Shown: one piece after another, positions 19,588 to 29,398 of the stretch
Numbering within the stretch: position 1 is the first letter of the stretch
How the letters are laid out: each line of letters starts with the position of its first letter
NCBI GenBank assembly: GCA_034430655.1
Contig: DAOUEC010000177.1
Coordinates: forward strand, 1-61,214
DNA: 61,214 bases
From: Anaerolineae bacterium
Lineage (GTDB): Bacteria > Chloroflexota > Anaerolineae > B4-G1
Reading direction: 5' to 3'
Position numbers and translations under genes: made by a program
Notes under the pieces: model-generated
Told to the model about the DNA's origin: nothing
Seen by the model: the letters and a program-made list of their open reading frames with translations, nothing else
The model's database searches: none

Positions 19588-21555
19588 CTACGCCGCTACG
19601 ACTTCTTCCCACATCGCACTCATCGCCCCCACCATCTCGGCGATCAATTGCCGGTCAGTGAAGTGGCACAAGGTGATAGACTTGGAGGGACAGGCGGCGG
19701 CGCAGGTACCGCACCCCTTGCACAGCGCCTCGATGACGTGAGCGACGCCCCTATCCTCCAGGAACTCGATGGCCGAATACGGGCAGGTCTGGATGCACTG
19801 CTGGCACCCCACGCAGGTTGCTGCGTTCACTATCGCCGTCGCCGCCTCGACTTCCAGTTCGCCCCGCTCGATGATCGAGAGCACCCGTGCTGCCGCTGCC
19901 GCCCCCTGGGCCACCGTGTCGGGGATGTCCCGTGGGCCCTGGGCACAGCCGGCGATGAAGACGCCGTCGGTCATCGTCGCCACCGGGTCCAGTTTGGGAT
20001 GCTTTTCTTTGAACCAACCGTCTTTGTTACAACTTATGTTGAAGAGGCGGGCCACCTCCCGCGCGTCGTGCCTGGGCTCGATCGCCGCACTCAGCACCAC
20101 CAGGTCCGCCAGCACCCGTACCCGCCTCCCCAACGCCCTATCCTCCGCGTAGATGGCCAGCCTGCCCTCTTCAGGAACGATCTCGGCGGGCCGCCCATTG
20201 ATGAAGACCACGCCTTCCCGCTGCACCCGCTTGTAGAACTCCTCGTAATCCTTTCCACCGGTGCGCATATCAATGTAGAACTCGTAGATGCGGGCGTGCG
20301 TCTTCTCGTGGGCCAGGTGGGACAGTTTGAGGGAGTACATGCAGCAGATTTTAGAACAGTAGGGATGATAGTTCTCGTCCCGGCTCCCCACACAATGGAT
20401 GACGGCAATACTCTCCGGCTCTGTTTCCCCATCCTGCAGCACGATCCGTCCCCCGGTCGGCCCGGCCGCGTTCGACATGCGCTCGAACTCCAGGCTGGTG
20501 AAGATGTTGGGGTAGCGCCCATACCCATACTGGGAGATGCGGCGACAATCGAAGAGATCGTAGCCCGTGGCGACAATGACGTTCCCCACCCGGATCTCAA
20601 GTATCTGATCCTCCTGGCTAAAGTCTATCGCCCCGGTGGGACAAACCTCCTCACACAGTTTGCAGCGGCCTTTGGTGAAGAAGAGGCAGTGTTCGCGGTC
20701 AATCACGGGGTACTGGGGGACCGCCTGGGGAAAGGGCCGGTAGATCGCCTTGCGCTTCCCCAGCCCGACCTCGAAAACCTCGTCCACGACCCTCCTGGGG
20801 CACTTTTCCTCACACGTTCCACAACCGGTGCACTTCTCCTCATCCACCGACCGGGCCCGCTTGCGGATGCGCACGGTGAAGTTGCCCACATAGCCAGAGA
20901 CTTCCTCCACCTCGCTGTAGGTGAGCAGCGTGACGTTGGGATGGCTGCCGACCTCAAACATGCGCGGGGTGAGGATGCAGGCAGAGCAGTCGAGTGTGGG
21001 GAAGGTCTTGTCCAACTGGGCCATGTGGCCCCCAATGGAAGGCTCCCGTTCCACGAGATAGACCGGGAAGCCGGAGTTGGCGATCTCCAGCGTGGCCTGG
21101 ATGCCGGCTATGCCCCCGCCCACGATCAGTGTGGCCGGATTGATGGGCACCTTCCTGATGCTCAGCGGCTGGTGGTGCCGCACCCGCAGGACGGCCGCCT
21201 CGACCAGCGCCTTCGCCTTCGCTGTGGCCTCGTCCCGATCGTCGTGGACCCAGGAGCAGTGCTCCCGGATGTTGGCCATCTCGAAGAGGTAGGGGTTCAG
21301 ACCGGCGCGGGCACAGGCGTTGCGGAAGGTGGCCTCGTGCATCTGAGGGGAGCAGGAAGCCACCACCACCCGGTCGAGCCCCAGTTCCCGGATGTCGTCC
21401 TCGATCAATGCCTGGCCCGGAGTGGAACACATGAACTGGTAATCCCGCGCCACGGTGACGTCAGGCAGGGTGCCTGCCCACCGGGCCACCCCCTCGCAGT
21501 CCACCGTACCGGCAATGTTACTACCACAGTGACAGATATAGACGCCGATCTTCAT
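19588..21555 (-). CDS. hdrA: Heterodisulfide reductase subunit A-like flavoprotein (Cys form)
   Basis: 655 aa. '[13 protein letters not shown]', '[10 protein letters not shown]', 'DCSACIL', 'HCVGSRD', 'CSKICCMYS' and C-terminal 2x[4Fe-4S] motifs. Confidence 0.92.
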   Translation of the reverse strand: [655 protein letters not shown]

Positions 21556-21564
21556 CGCTGCCCC

Positions 21565-22410
21565 CTACAGGAAACTCTCCAGAAACCCCGCGACCTCGCT
21601 CTGCCAGAACACAGGTCCATCGGTGCAGACAAACTTCTCCCCCAGGTTGCACCGCCCGCACTTGCCGATGCCGCAGTGCATGCGCGCCTCCAGCGTGGTC
21701 AGCATCTGGTCCAGGGTGAAGCCCAGTTTCTTGAGGGTGAGGGTGACGAAGTGGATCATAATGGGCGGGCCGCAGGTGATGGTGACCGCGCTCTGGGGCA
21801 AGGGGCCTACCTTCTCCAGCAACTGGGTAATCAGGCCGACGTTGCCGCTCCACGTCTCGTCCCCCCGGTCCACCGTCAGGTGCAATTCGGTCTCGGAGGC
21901 GGAGCGCCAGTTGTCATACTCGTCGGTGAAGACGAGCAGGTCAGGGCTGCGGGCGGCCCACAGGATGGTCAGGTGGCCGTAGTCGGCCCGATGATCCAAG
22001 AGGGTGTGGATGACCGGGCGCAGCGGCGCGCCGCCGATGCCGCCGCCCAGGACGACGACGTTGCGCCCCTTGATCTCGTTCATCGGGAACCAGTTGCCCA
22101 GTGGCCCCCGCACCCCGACCGGGTCTCCCACGTCCAGTTGGTGGAGTGTGTTGGTGACGTGACCCACATTGTTGATGGCAAACTCCAGCGTTGGCCCCAG
22201 GGCGGGGGTGGATGTGATGCCGAAGGGGGCCTCCCCCGCGCCGAAGGCGGAGACGAAGGCGAACTGCCCCGGCTTGTAGTCGGCGAAGGCCGCCTGCCCC
22301 TCCGACTCCGTCAGTTCGATCTGGAACAACTTGATGCCGGTGGCCAAGTCTTTGACCCCGGCCAGGTGGCCCAGGTATGGACGCAACGGATTGATGCCGC
22401 TCGTGCTCAT
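21565..22410 (-). CDS. FAD/NAD(P)-binding oxidoreductase with C-terminal [2Fe-2S] (PyrK / HydG / AsrB / FlxA-like)
   Basis: Ferredoxin-reductase-type fold and C-terminal 'CGIGKCGRCNLG'. 4-nt overlap with the upstream gene. Confidence 0.8.
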   Translation of the reverse strand: MSTSGINPLRPYLGHLAGVKDLATGIKLFQIELTESEGQAAFADYKPGQFAFVSAFGAGEAPFGITSTPALGPTLEFAINNVGHVTNTLHQLDVGDPVGVRGPLGNWFPMNEIKGRNVVVLGGGIGGAPLRPVIHTLLDHRADYGHLTILWAARSPDLLVFTDEYDNWRSASETELHLTVDRGDETWSGNVGLITQLLEKVGPLPQSAVTITCGPPIMIHFVTLTLKKLGFTLDQMLTTLEARMHCGIGKCGRCNLGEKFVCTDGPVFWQSEVAGFLESFL

Positions 22411-23444
22411 TCGCCACTCCTTTCTGCCACGTCCCTCAGCACCTCCCTGATGTCAATGTTCACTGGGCAGGAGACGATGCACCGCCCGCACCCCACGCAT
22501 CCCAACGGCCCGAAGTCCTCCGGGTAGTAGCAGAACTTGCAGTAAAAGCGGTTGCGCAACCGCTCTGGCTTCGTGGGGCGGGGGTTGTGCCCACCGGCAA
22601 TGCGCCGGTAGTTGGTGCTGGTGCAGGCATCCCAGGCGCGGATGCGCTCGATACGGGTCAGGCCAGGCCGCACCTCCACCACCCGGTCGGTGACGTCGAA
22701 GCAGCGACAGGTGGGGCAGACGTAGGTGCAGATACGGCAACTCAGGCATCGCTCCCCGTGCCGCTGCCACAGCCCATCCTCGAACAGTGCCCGCCACTTC
22801 TCCGGCGGCGTCACCGGCACCGGCTTCGGGGCGCCCCCCCTCGGTCCCCCCCAACTTTGGGGGGGAAGAGATTGCGGTGGTGGCTCCCCCTCTCGCTCCT
22901 CCAGAGCCAGCCCCTCCAGCAGTGCCGCCCCCTTCTCGGTGACCACCTGTACGGCGTAGCCTCCATCCACGGCTGTCAGCAGCACGTCCAGATGGGTGGG
23001 ATCGTCGGGTGCGCCGCCCATCGAGGTGCAAAAGCAGCCCTCCCACATCTGCGGGCAGGCCAGCCCCACCAGCGTGGTCCGCTCCCGGTGATGGCGGTAG
23101 TAGACGTCGGGCGGCTCCTGCTGGAGGAAGAGGGCATCCAACACAGTCAGCCCCTGGGCGTCGCAGGGGCGGATGCCAAAGAGCACCTGTTTCCGGTCCG
23201 GCAGGACCTCCTCCAGTGTCACGTCGCCCCCACGTCGCTCGGTCCGCAGCAGAACTTCCGTAGCGGGCAGGAAGTAGTCCTTGGTGGAGAGTTCCGGGCG
23301 CTCGTAGTCAAAAAGGATCTCGCCACTGGAGGCAACCGGCCGGTAGAGAACGTGCCCGTCCACGTCGCGGGGGGCGATCAGGTCGTGCTCCTGGGCCAGG
23401 TGGTTGAGCCAGGCTCGCAGTTCGTCCAGCGTCGTGAATTTCAT
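22407..23444 (-). CDS. 4Fe-4S dicluster protein (sulfhydrogenase beta / AsrA / FlxB-like)
   Basis: 'CLSCRICTYVCPTCRC' and 'CVGCGRCIVSCP'. It carries an internal Pro/Gly insert encoded by the C7-N6-G7 element. Confidence 0.75.
   Translation of the reverse strand: MKFTTLDELRAWLNHLAQEHDLIAPRDVDGHVLYRPVASSGEILFDYERPELSTKDYFLPATEVLLRTERRGGDVTLEEVLPDRKQVLFGIRPCDAQGLTVLDALFLQQEPPDVYYRHHRERTTLVGLACPQMWEGCFCTSMGGAPDDPTHLDVLLTAVDGGYAVQVVTEKGAALLEGLALEEREGEPPPQSLPPQSWGGPRGGAPKPVPVTPPEKWRALFEDGLWQRHGERCLSCRICTYVCPTCRCFDVTDRVVEVRPGLTRIERIRAWDACTSTNYRRIAGGHNPRPTKPERLRNRFYCKFCYYPEDFGPLGCVGCGRCIVSCPVNIDIREVLRDVAERSGE
22846..22868. repeat. C7-AACTTT-G7-AAG hairpin element (copy 1, inside a CDS)
   Basis: cccccccaactttgggggggaag is identical to 57445..57467. 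Confidence 0.9.
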
Positions 23445-24325
23445 ATCGGGGAACCCTCCTCGCCGAGTTCAAAGAGGAGCGGGCTGAGAGCCACTTCCCG
23501 CCCGGCCCGGTAACCGAAGAGCGTCTCCACTTCTCTGGCCAGACGCCGGTTGAGGAGGCTGAGGGGCAACCCCATCGGGCAGACCCGCTCGCACTCGTTG
23601 CACTCCGCGCAGCGGCCGGCCAGGTGGAGCGCCCGGCCCAGGTGGAACATGTATTTCTGCGGCACTTCGATGCCGATGTCCACCCACAGCCCATCGTCTC
23701 GCTCGAACATGCAAGTGGTGCAGTAGCAGCCGGGGCAGACCTGGCGGCAGGCGTAGCAGCGGATGCAGCGGTCGAACTGGTGCAGCCAGAAGGCCAGCCG
23801 CTCGGCCGGGGGCATCTCCCCGATGCGGGCCAGGTCAGCGTAGTCGTCCTCGGCGGGAGGCACCTCCGGCGGCTCGCCCAGCAGGACGTCGTAGACGACC
23901 GGCACGCGGTCGCCGCAGCGGATGCAGCGGGCCGCCAGGTTGGGCGACCGCGAGGGATCGCCCCTACCCTGCACCCCCTCGCAGGCCACGCCGATGATGA
24001 AGACCCGCTCCCGCTCAATCTGCTGCTCGGCCAACAGAACGTTGATAGCGCGGCTGTCGCAGGGCTTGACGACGACGGCGACGTGCGGTGGCTCCTCACC
24101 CCGTTTGCGCGGCTTCTTGAAGTCGTGCAGGTAGACCGTCAGGTTATGCACACAATCCGGCCCCCAGATGAGCCGTTCCACATCGTCGGCATCGTGGACG
24201 AAGGCCGGCCGTGCCCGCCCACGGGAGCCCACCTCGTAGCCGATGATGCAACTGACCTGCCCGCTTTCGAGCAGTTCCCGCGCCTGGGCCCTGATCTCAC
24301 GAGTAATCTCTTCGCTGGTGCTCAA
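23441..24325 (-). CDS. Fe-S oxidoreductase, paralog of the 45627 and 46732 genes (FrhB/FlxC-like)
   Basis: 'VVKPCDSRAINVLL' N-domain shared with 45627..46739 and 46732..47883. Cys-rich 'CIRCYACRQVCPGCYC' and 'CAECNECERVCP'. TTG start, with AAGGAG upstream. Confidence 0.65.
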   Translation of the reverse strand: MSTSEEITREIRAQARELLESGQVSCIIGYEVGSRGRARPAFVHDADDVERLIWGPDCVHNLTVYLHDFKKPRKRGEEPPHVAVVVKPCDSRAINVLLAEQQIERERVFIIGVACEGVQGRGDPSRSPNLAARCIRCGDRVPVVYDVLLGEPPEVPPAEDDYADLARIGEMPPAERLAFWLHQFDRCIRCYACRQVCPGCYCTTCMFERDDGLWVDIGIEVPQKYMFHLGRALHLAGRCAECNECERVCPMGLPLSLLNRRLAREVETLFGYRAGREVALSPLLFELGEEGSPI

Positions 24326-24397
24326 TGGTCATTCTCCTTATCCGCGAATCTTAGCACGTCAATCAGAATACAACAAGCCACTACTGTGCCCCCCAAT

Positions 24398-24415
24398 CCC
24401 CCCCATAGGGGGAAG
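24398..24415. repeat. C7-ATA-G5-AAG hairpin element (related, intergenic)
   Basis: cccccccatagggggaag. Next to it is a second hairpin, ctctcccctcgtgggagag, at 24435..24453. Confidence 0.6.
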
Positions 24416-24512
24416 GTGGCGAGTGGGGCGCACTCTCTCCCCTCGTGGGAGAGGGCCTGGGTGGGAGCATGCGCGTGGAAGACCGGCCCATCTTTCGAAT
24501 AAGCACCTACGC

Positions 24513-25652
24513 TCATCGTCCCTCGTTGCAAGTGGGGAAGGTCATGGTGAACGTGCTGCCCTGCCCCACCGCGCTCTCCACCTCAATGCGCCCGCCGCAC
24601 CGCTCCACCAGGTCTTTGACGATGGCCAGTCCCAGCCCGGTGCCGATCGCGTCCAACGCTTTGGCGTTGGGGGCGCGGTAGAACTCCTCGAACAGGTGGG
24701 GAAGCGCCTCCTCCGGTATGCCGATGCCAGTGTCGGTCACCTTGACCTGTGCCTGCCCTTCCACCTGGCGCATCGAAACGGTGACGCTGCCGCCGGACGG
24801 GGTGTATTTCACCGCGTTACTCACCAGGTTGACGAAGATGCGGTCCAGGCCATCTTCTGTACCCCAGACGATCAGGCGGGCCCGACAGGGTTGCAGCCTC
24901 ACATCGAGGCCCTTCTCCTCGGCGCGGGGTTGCAATAGTAATATCGCCCGCCCGACAGAGGCGTTCAGCAGCACTGGCCCCTCCTCCTCCGCTAACTCCG
25001 GGGCCTTGCCTGCCGCCAGGTCCAGAAGGTCATTAATCAGGCTCTCCAGGAAATCGAGACGGCGGCTGATGCGACTTAACACATCGGCCTGTTTGTCGGT
25101 CAGTGCGCCAGCGTACCCTTTGAGCACGCTGCGCACCAGTGACTGAGCGACGGTGACCGGAGAGCGCAGTTCGTGGGTCGCCACGCGGATGAACTGGCCC
25201 TTGCTGGCTTCCAGGGCCTCCAACGCCACCAGTGCACGAGTGGCCGCTATAGCCGCCGTGCCCATGTCGGCCAAAGGCATCAACAGGGCAGCATCCTCCT
25301 CGTCGAAGCGCTGGGGCACGGCGGCGTAGACGTGGAGCGTGCCGACGAGACCGCCCTCGTGCGCCAGCGGAACGCACAGGACAGAACAATAGCCCTCTGG
25401 CACATCCCCGGCACGAAGGTCAGCACGAGCGTCAGCGATGATGGCTGGCTGACCGGAGAGCACCCTCTCGTCAAAAGGACTGCACTCCACCACAATCGGC
25501 TCTCGCTGCAGGAGCGCAGCGGGAAGACCAGAGACTGCCGCCACCGCCAAGTGCACGCCCCCTTCATCCAGCAGGCGGACTGCTGCCGCATCCGCCTGCA
25601 ATGCCTGTCTGGCCCCTTCGGCCAGGCGGGTCAGAACATGTTCCAGTTCCAC
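24513..25652 (-). CDS. GAF-domain sensor histidine kinase
   Basis: N-terminal GAF domain, HisKA 'ATHELRSPV' and HATPase 'DTGIGIP...GTGLGLAIV'. Confidence 0.9.
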   Translation of the reverse strand: MELEHVLTRLAEGARQALQADAAAVRLLDEGGVHLAVAAVSGLPAALLQREPIVVECSPFDERVLSGQPAIIADARADLRAGDVPEGYCSVLCVPLAHEGGLVGTLHVYAAVPQRFDEEDAALLMPLADMGTAAIAATRALVALEALEASKGQFIRVATHELRSPVTVAQSLVRSVLKGYAGALTDKQADVLSRISRRLDFLESLINDLLDLAAGKAPELAEEEGPVLLNASVGRAILLLQPRAEEKGLDVRLQPCRARLIVWGTEDGLDRIFVNLVSNAVKYTPSGGSVTVSMRQVEGQAQVKVTDTGIGIPEEALPHLFEEFYRAPNAKALDAIGTGLGLAIVKDLVERCGGRIEVESAVGQGSTFTMTFPTCNEGR

Positions 25653-25682
25653 CGTGCGCTCCGATTCACTAACTGCTAATCA

Positions 25683-25791
25683 GTGCGCGCACGTATCTTC
25701 TCAATAATCTGGGGTAGGGGCAGGTCTTGCACCTGCCCGTCAGGGCGACCGCAAGGGTTCGCCCCTACATTTTGAGAAGATACGCGCGCAC
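25683..25791. repeat. Nested inverted repeats spanning the receiver-gene stop and the RR-HK gap
   Basis: Outer arms are gtgcgcgcacgtatcttctcaa (25683..25704) and ttgagaagatacgcgcgcac (25772..25791). Inner stems are gggcaggt/acctgccc, gtaggggc/gcccctac and gggcgacc/ggttcgccc, and these share bases with one another. Confidence 0.7.
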
Positions 25792-26163
25792 TTTCTCCAG
25801 CAGCACGTCGGGGTCAACCGGCTTGTCCACAAAGTCGTCCGCTGGCAGATAGGCTTCGTCCGATCCAGAGCGCAACGAAGCCGCAGTGCAGGGGGCAGTC
25901 AGCACCAGGATCGGAATGTGCCGGTAGGCACTGTACCGCGAACCGGCTGCTGGACTGCGCAGCGTGAGCGAAACCTGGGGGCCGGGCCTCGCCTCCAGAG
26001 CAGCGTCCAGGATAATGAGAGCGGGGGTGGCCTTTTTGACTTTCTCCAGCCCCTCCTGACTGCTGCTGGCGTCCAGTACCTCGTAGCCGGCCGACTCCAA
26101 CGGCAAGCGGAGCGCGGCCACCATGTCGGAGTCATCGTGGACGACCAGGATGCACTTATTCAC
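25765..26163 (-). CDS. Response regulator, receiver domain only
   Basis: 'ILVVHDDSDM...ALIILD'. No output domain. Confidence 0.85.
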   Translation of the reverse strand: MNKCILVVHDDSDMVAALRLPLESAGYEVLDASSSQEGLEKVKKATPALIILDAALEARPGPQVSLTLRSPAAGSRYSAYRHIPILVLTAPCTAASLRSGSDEAYLPADDFVDKPVDPDVLLEKVRAYLLKM

Positions 26164-26543
26164 GACTTCAGCCGCTCCCGGATCTTGCTCACCAGTGCCT
26201 CCGGGTCTATAGGCTTGGAGATGAAATCCACGATCTCCAGGTACTGGTCGGTGGGGAAGGAGGCTACGTATTGCGTGCTGGTGATGGACGAGATCATCAG
26301 GATCAGCACGCTGCGGAGTTGAGGGTCGTCAGAGATCTCCTGCGTCGTGTAATAGCCATCCAGAGGGCCCGCCATCATCACGTCCATCAACACCAGGTCC
26401 GGCAGGCTGGCGCGCATCTTGGCCAGGCCCTCCGCCCCACTCGCCGCCTCTTCGACCAGATACCCCTCGCCCTCCAACACCAGGCGGACGGCTAGGACGA
26501 AATCGGGGTCGTCGTCTACAACGAGAATCTTCTTTTGGTCCAT
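26160..26543 (-). CDS. Response regulator, receiver domain only
   Basis: 'KILVVDDDPDF...DLVLMDVMM...SKP'. No output domain. Confidence 0.88.
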   Translation of the reverse strand: MDQKKILVVDDDPDFVLAVRLVLEGEGYLVEEAASGAEGLAKMRASLPDLVLMDVMMAGPLDGYYTTQEISDDPQLRSVLILMISSITSTQYVASFPTDQYLEIVDFISKPIDPEALVSKIRERLKS

Positions 26544-26556
26544 CGCTCCTCCCCCC

Positions 26557-29331
26557 TTATGCTGGCTCCACCTTCACCGCACAGACCTTGTACTCCGGTA
26601 TCTTTGCCACCGGGTCGAGCGCGGCGATGGTCAACACGTTGGCGTTCTGGTTGCCGGGAAAGTGGAAGTTGGCAAAGACAACGCCTGGCGGCACGCGGTC
26701 GGTGATGCGCGCCGTGGCCACGACCTGCCCCCGCCGCGAGGTGAGCCTGACCCTCTTGAAGCCGTCGAGGCCGATTCTCTGGGCATCGTCAGGGTTCACT
26801 TCGACCAGCGGCTCAGGGTAGATCTCCGCCAGCCCTTTCGCACGGCGGGTCATTTCGCCGCCGTGCCAGTGATAGAGCACGCGCCCGGTTGACAGAAGCA
26901 TCGGGTACTCGTCATCGGGCAACTCGGCCGGTGGGACGTGTTCGACCGCGTGGAACATGCCCAGGCCACGTGAGAACTTCCCCACGTGCAGGATCGGCGT
27001 GCCTGGATGTTCCGGCCCGCTGACCGGCCACTGCAGCCGCTCGCCCCGCTCCAGCCGCTCGTGGGAGATGCCTGCGTATATCGGAGTTAGCACAGCGACC
27101 TCGTCCATGATCTCCGCTGGGGACTCGTAGTCCCATCCAGCGTGTGGCGCGTTCCAGTCCGGCACGCGCGCGCCGCTCTCGCCGACGCGCTTCGCCAGTT
27201 CGCAGATAATCTGCCAATCAGGCCGTGCTTCGCCCAGGGGCTCGATGGCCTGGTGCACCATCTGGACGCGCCGCTCGGTGTTGGTGAATGTGCCGCTCTT
27301 CTCAGCGAAGGAGACACCCGGCAGGAGCATGTCGGCGTAGGCCGCCGTCTCCGACGGGAAGATCTCCTGCAACACCAGGAACTCGCATGCCTCCAGACAG
27401 TGACGCACGTGGTTGCTGTCTGGGTCGCTCAACACCGGGTTCTCGCCCAGGATGTACAGTGCCTTGACCTGTCCCTCGCCCGCAGCCGAGACCATCTCGA
27501 CGACGGTCAGCCCGATGTGGCCGGGCAATTCCGCACCCCACGCCGCCTCGAATTTGGCGCGGGCTGCGTCATCGGTCACCTTCTGATAGCCCGGGTAGAC
27601 GTTGGCCAGAGCGCCCACGTCGCACGCACCCTGGACGTTATTCTGCCCACGCAGCGGATTGACGCCGCCGCCAGGCACGCCCATATTGCCCAGCAGCATC
27701 TGTAGATTGGCGCAGGCCATCACGTTCTGCACGCCCACGATGTGCTGCGTGATGCCCATCGCCCAGACGACGGCCATAGGCTTGTTCGTCGCCAGGATTT
27801 CGGCCGCCTCGTATAACTGCTCTGTTGGCACGCCGGTGATCTCGCTGACCCGCTCCGGCGTGTAGGTCTCGACAACTTCCTTGAACTCCTCGAAACCCTC
27901 CGTGCGCTCCTCGATGAACTTCCTGTCCTCCCAGCCCTTCTCCAGGATGATGTGGGCCAGGCCGTTGAGCAGCGCCACGTCGGTGCCGGGCTTCTGGCGG
28001 ATGTGCAGCGTGGCGAACTCCGTGATGTCAATCTTGCGCGGGTCGGCGACGACGAGTTTGAGCCCGCGCTTGCGCACCGCGCAGCGGATCATCGTCCCAA
28101 AGACCGGGTGCTGTTCCGTGGTGTTGGAACCGATGATGAGCATCGCTGCCGATTTCCCGGCGACGTCATCCATCGAGTTGCTCATCGCACCAGAGCCAAA
28201 CGCGGCGGCCAGACCGGCCACCGTGGAGGAGTGTCAGAGGCGGGCACAGTGGTCTACGTTGTTCGTCCCGATTGTCTGCCGGGTGAACTTTTGCATCAAG
28301 TAGTTTTCCTCGTTGGTGCACTTGGCCGAGGACAGGACGGCGATGCTGTCCGGGCCGTACGTGTCGCGCGCCTCCTGCAGGCGGGTCGCCGCGATGTCCA
28401 GCGCGGTATCCCAGTCGGTCTCGACCCACTCACCGCGGCCGTCGGCCGGGCGCGGGGTGCCGTCCAGCAGATACCGGCGCACCATTGGTCTGGTCAGCCG
28501 GTCAGGGTGATGGATGAAGTCGTACCCGTAGCGCCCCTTCACGCACAACGCCATCCCGTTTACTGGCGCATCTGGGTTGGAGGTGACGCGGATGACACGG
28601 CCATCCTTCACGTTCAGGTCGAATTGGCAGCCGACGCCACAATAAGTACATGTAGTAGTGACTTTAGTCACTTGATGAGCGCGGCCCAGGCCGTGGGCCA
28701 TTTTGTCGCTCAGTGCGCCCGTCGGGCAATAGGCGGCGCACTGGCCGCACGATTCGCAGCGCGCGTCGAGCATGGTCGTGCCGGCTCCGGCGACGATCTC
28801 CTCATCGAAGCCACGGTAGGCCACGCCCCACACGTCACGGCACTGAATCTCCGCGCAGGCTTGCACGCAGCGCCGACAGAGGATGCACTTGTTGAAGTCC
28901 ACCCACACGAACGGGTTAGGATCGCTGTCCACAGCGTAGCGTGTGCCTTTGATCCCCCAAGCAGGCACGCTCACTTGGTACTCGTAGGCCAGGTCCTGCA
29001 GTTCGCACGACCCGCCCTGGTCGCAGGTCAGGCAGTCCTGGGGATGGTTGGCCAGCATCAGTTCCAGCGTCTTGCGGCGCGATTTCAGCACACGCTCGCT
29101 ATCGGTGTACACCACCATCCCATCTGACACCGGGGTCGTGCACGCGGTCTGGAGGAAACGCTGCCTCTCGACCTCGACCACGCACATGCGGCAACTGCCG
29201 GTGGGTGTGAGGTCGCGGTGGTAGCACAGCGTGGGAATACGGATGCCCGCCGCCCGCGCCGCTTCCAGGACCGTCTGGCCTTCCTCGGCCTGAATGGTTT
29301 TACCGTTGATGGTGAGGTTTATCGTTGCCAT
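26557..29331 (-). CDS. fdhA: Formate dehydrogenase alpha subunit, selenocysteine-containing, with NuoG-like N-terminal Fe-S domains
   Basis: ORFs 28234..29433 and 26557..28221 share one frame and are joined by TGA at 28234..28236. The read-through gives '[27 protein letters not shown]', the canonical Sec/Cys Mo-ligand context. The N-terminus is 'INGKTIQAEEGQTVLEAA...CYH' (2Fe-2S). Start ATG 29331, with GGGGAG upstream. Confidence 0.92.
28203..28223 (-). promoter_or_regulatory. Bacterial SECIS hairpin for fdhA
   Basis: The minus-strand RNA is CGGUGGCC-GGUCU-GGCCGCCG: an 8-bp stem (one G.U pair) and a GGUCU apical loop. It starts 10 nt after the UGA. The loop sequence resembles that of E. coli fdhF. 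Confidence 0.75.
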
Positions 29332-29398
29332 GTTTTCTCCCCTAGATGTGAGCCGCACCGCCGTGAACAGGCGGCGCTGGAAACCCAGTACCGGCTCT

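Noticed and set aside
19648-22527. A very long plus-strand ORF (959 aa), with many other long ORFs opposite annotated genes (for example 1810..2595, 3135..4199, 5325..6443, 7416..8582, 11607..12782, 14238..15197, 27952..29127, 50159..51334 and 51601..52818).
   Set aside because: They lie antisense to genes with strong family signatures. Their composition is Arg/Gly/Pro/Ala-rich and low-complexity, as expected for shadow frames in high-G+C DNA. They lack RBS and start context.
28221-28236. The apparent break of the formate dehydrogenase gene into two ORFs, read as a possible pseudogene or frameshift.
   Set aside because: Both parts are in the same frame. The separator is a single TGA at the canonical Sec position and is followed by a SECIS-like hairpin, so it is treated as one Sec-containing gene.
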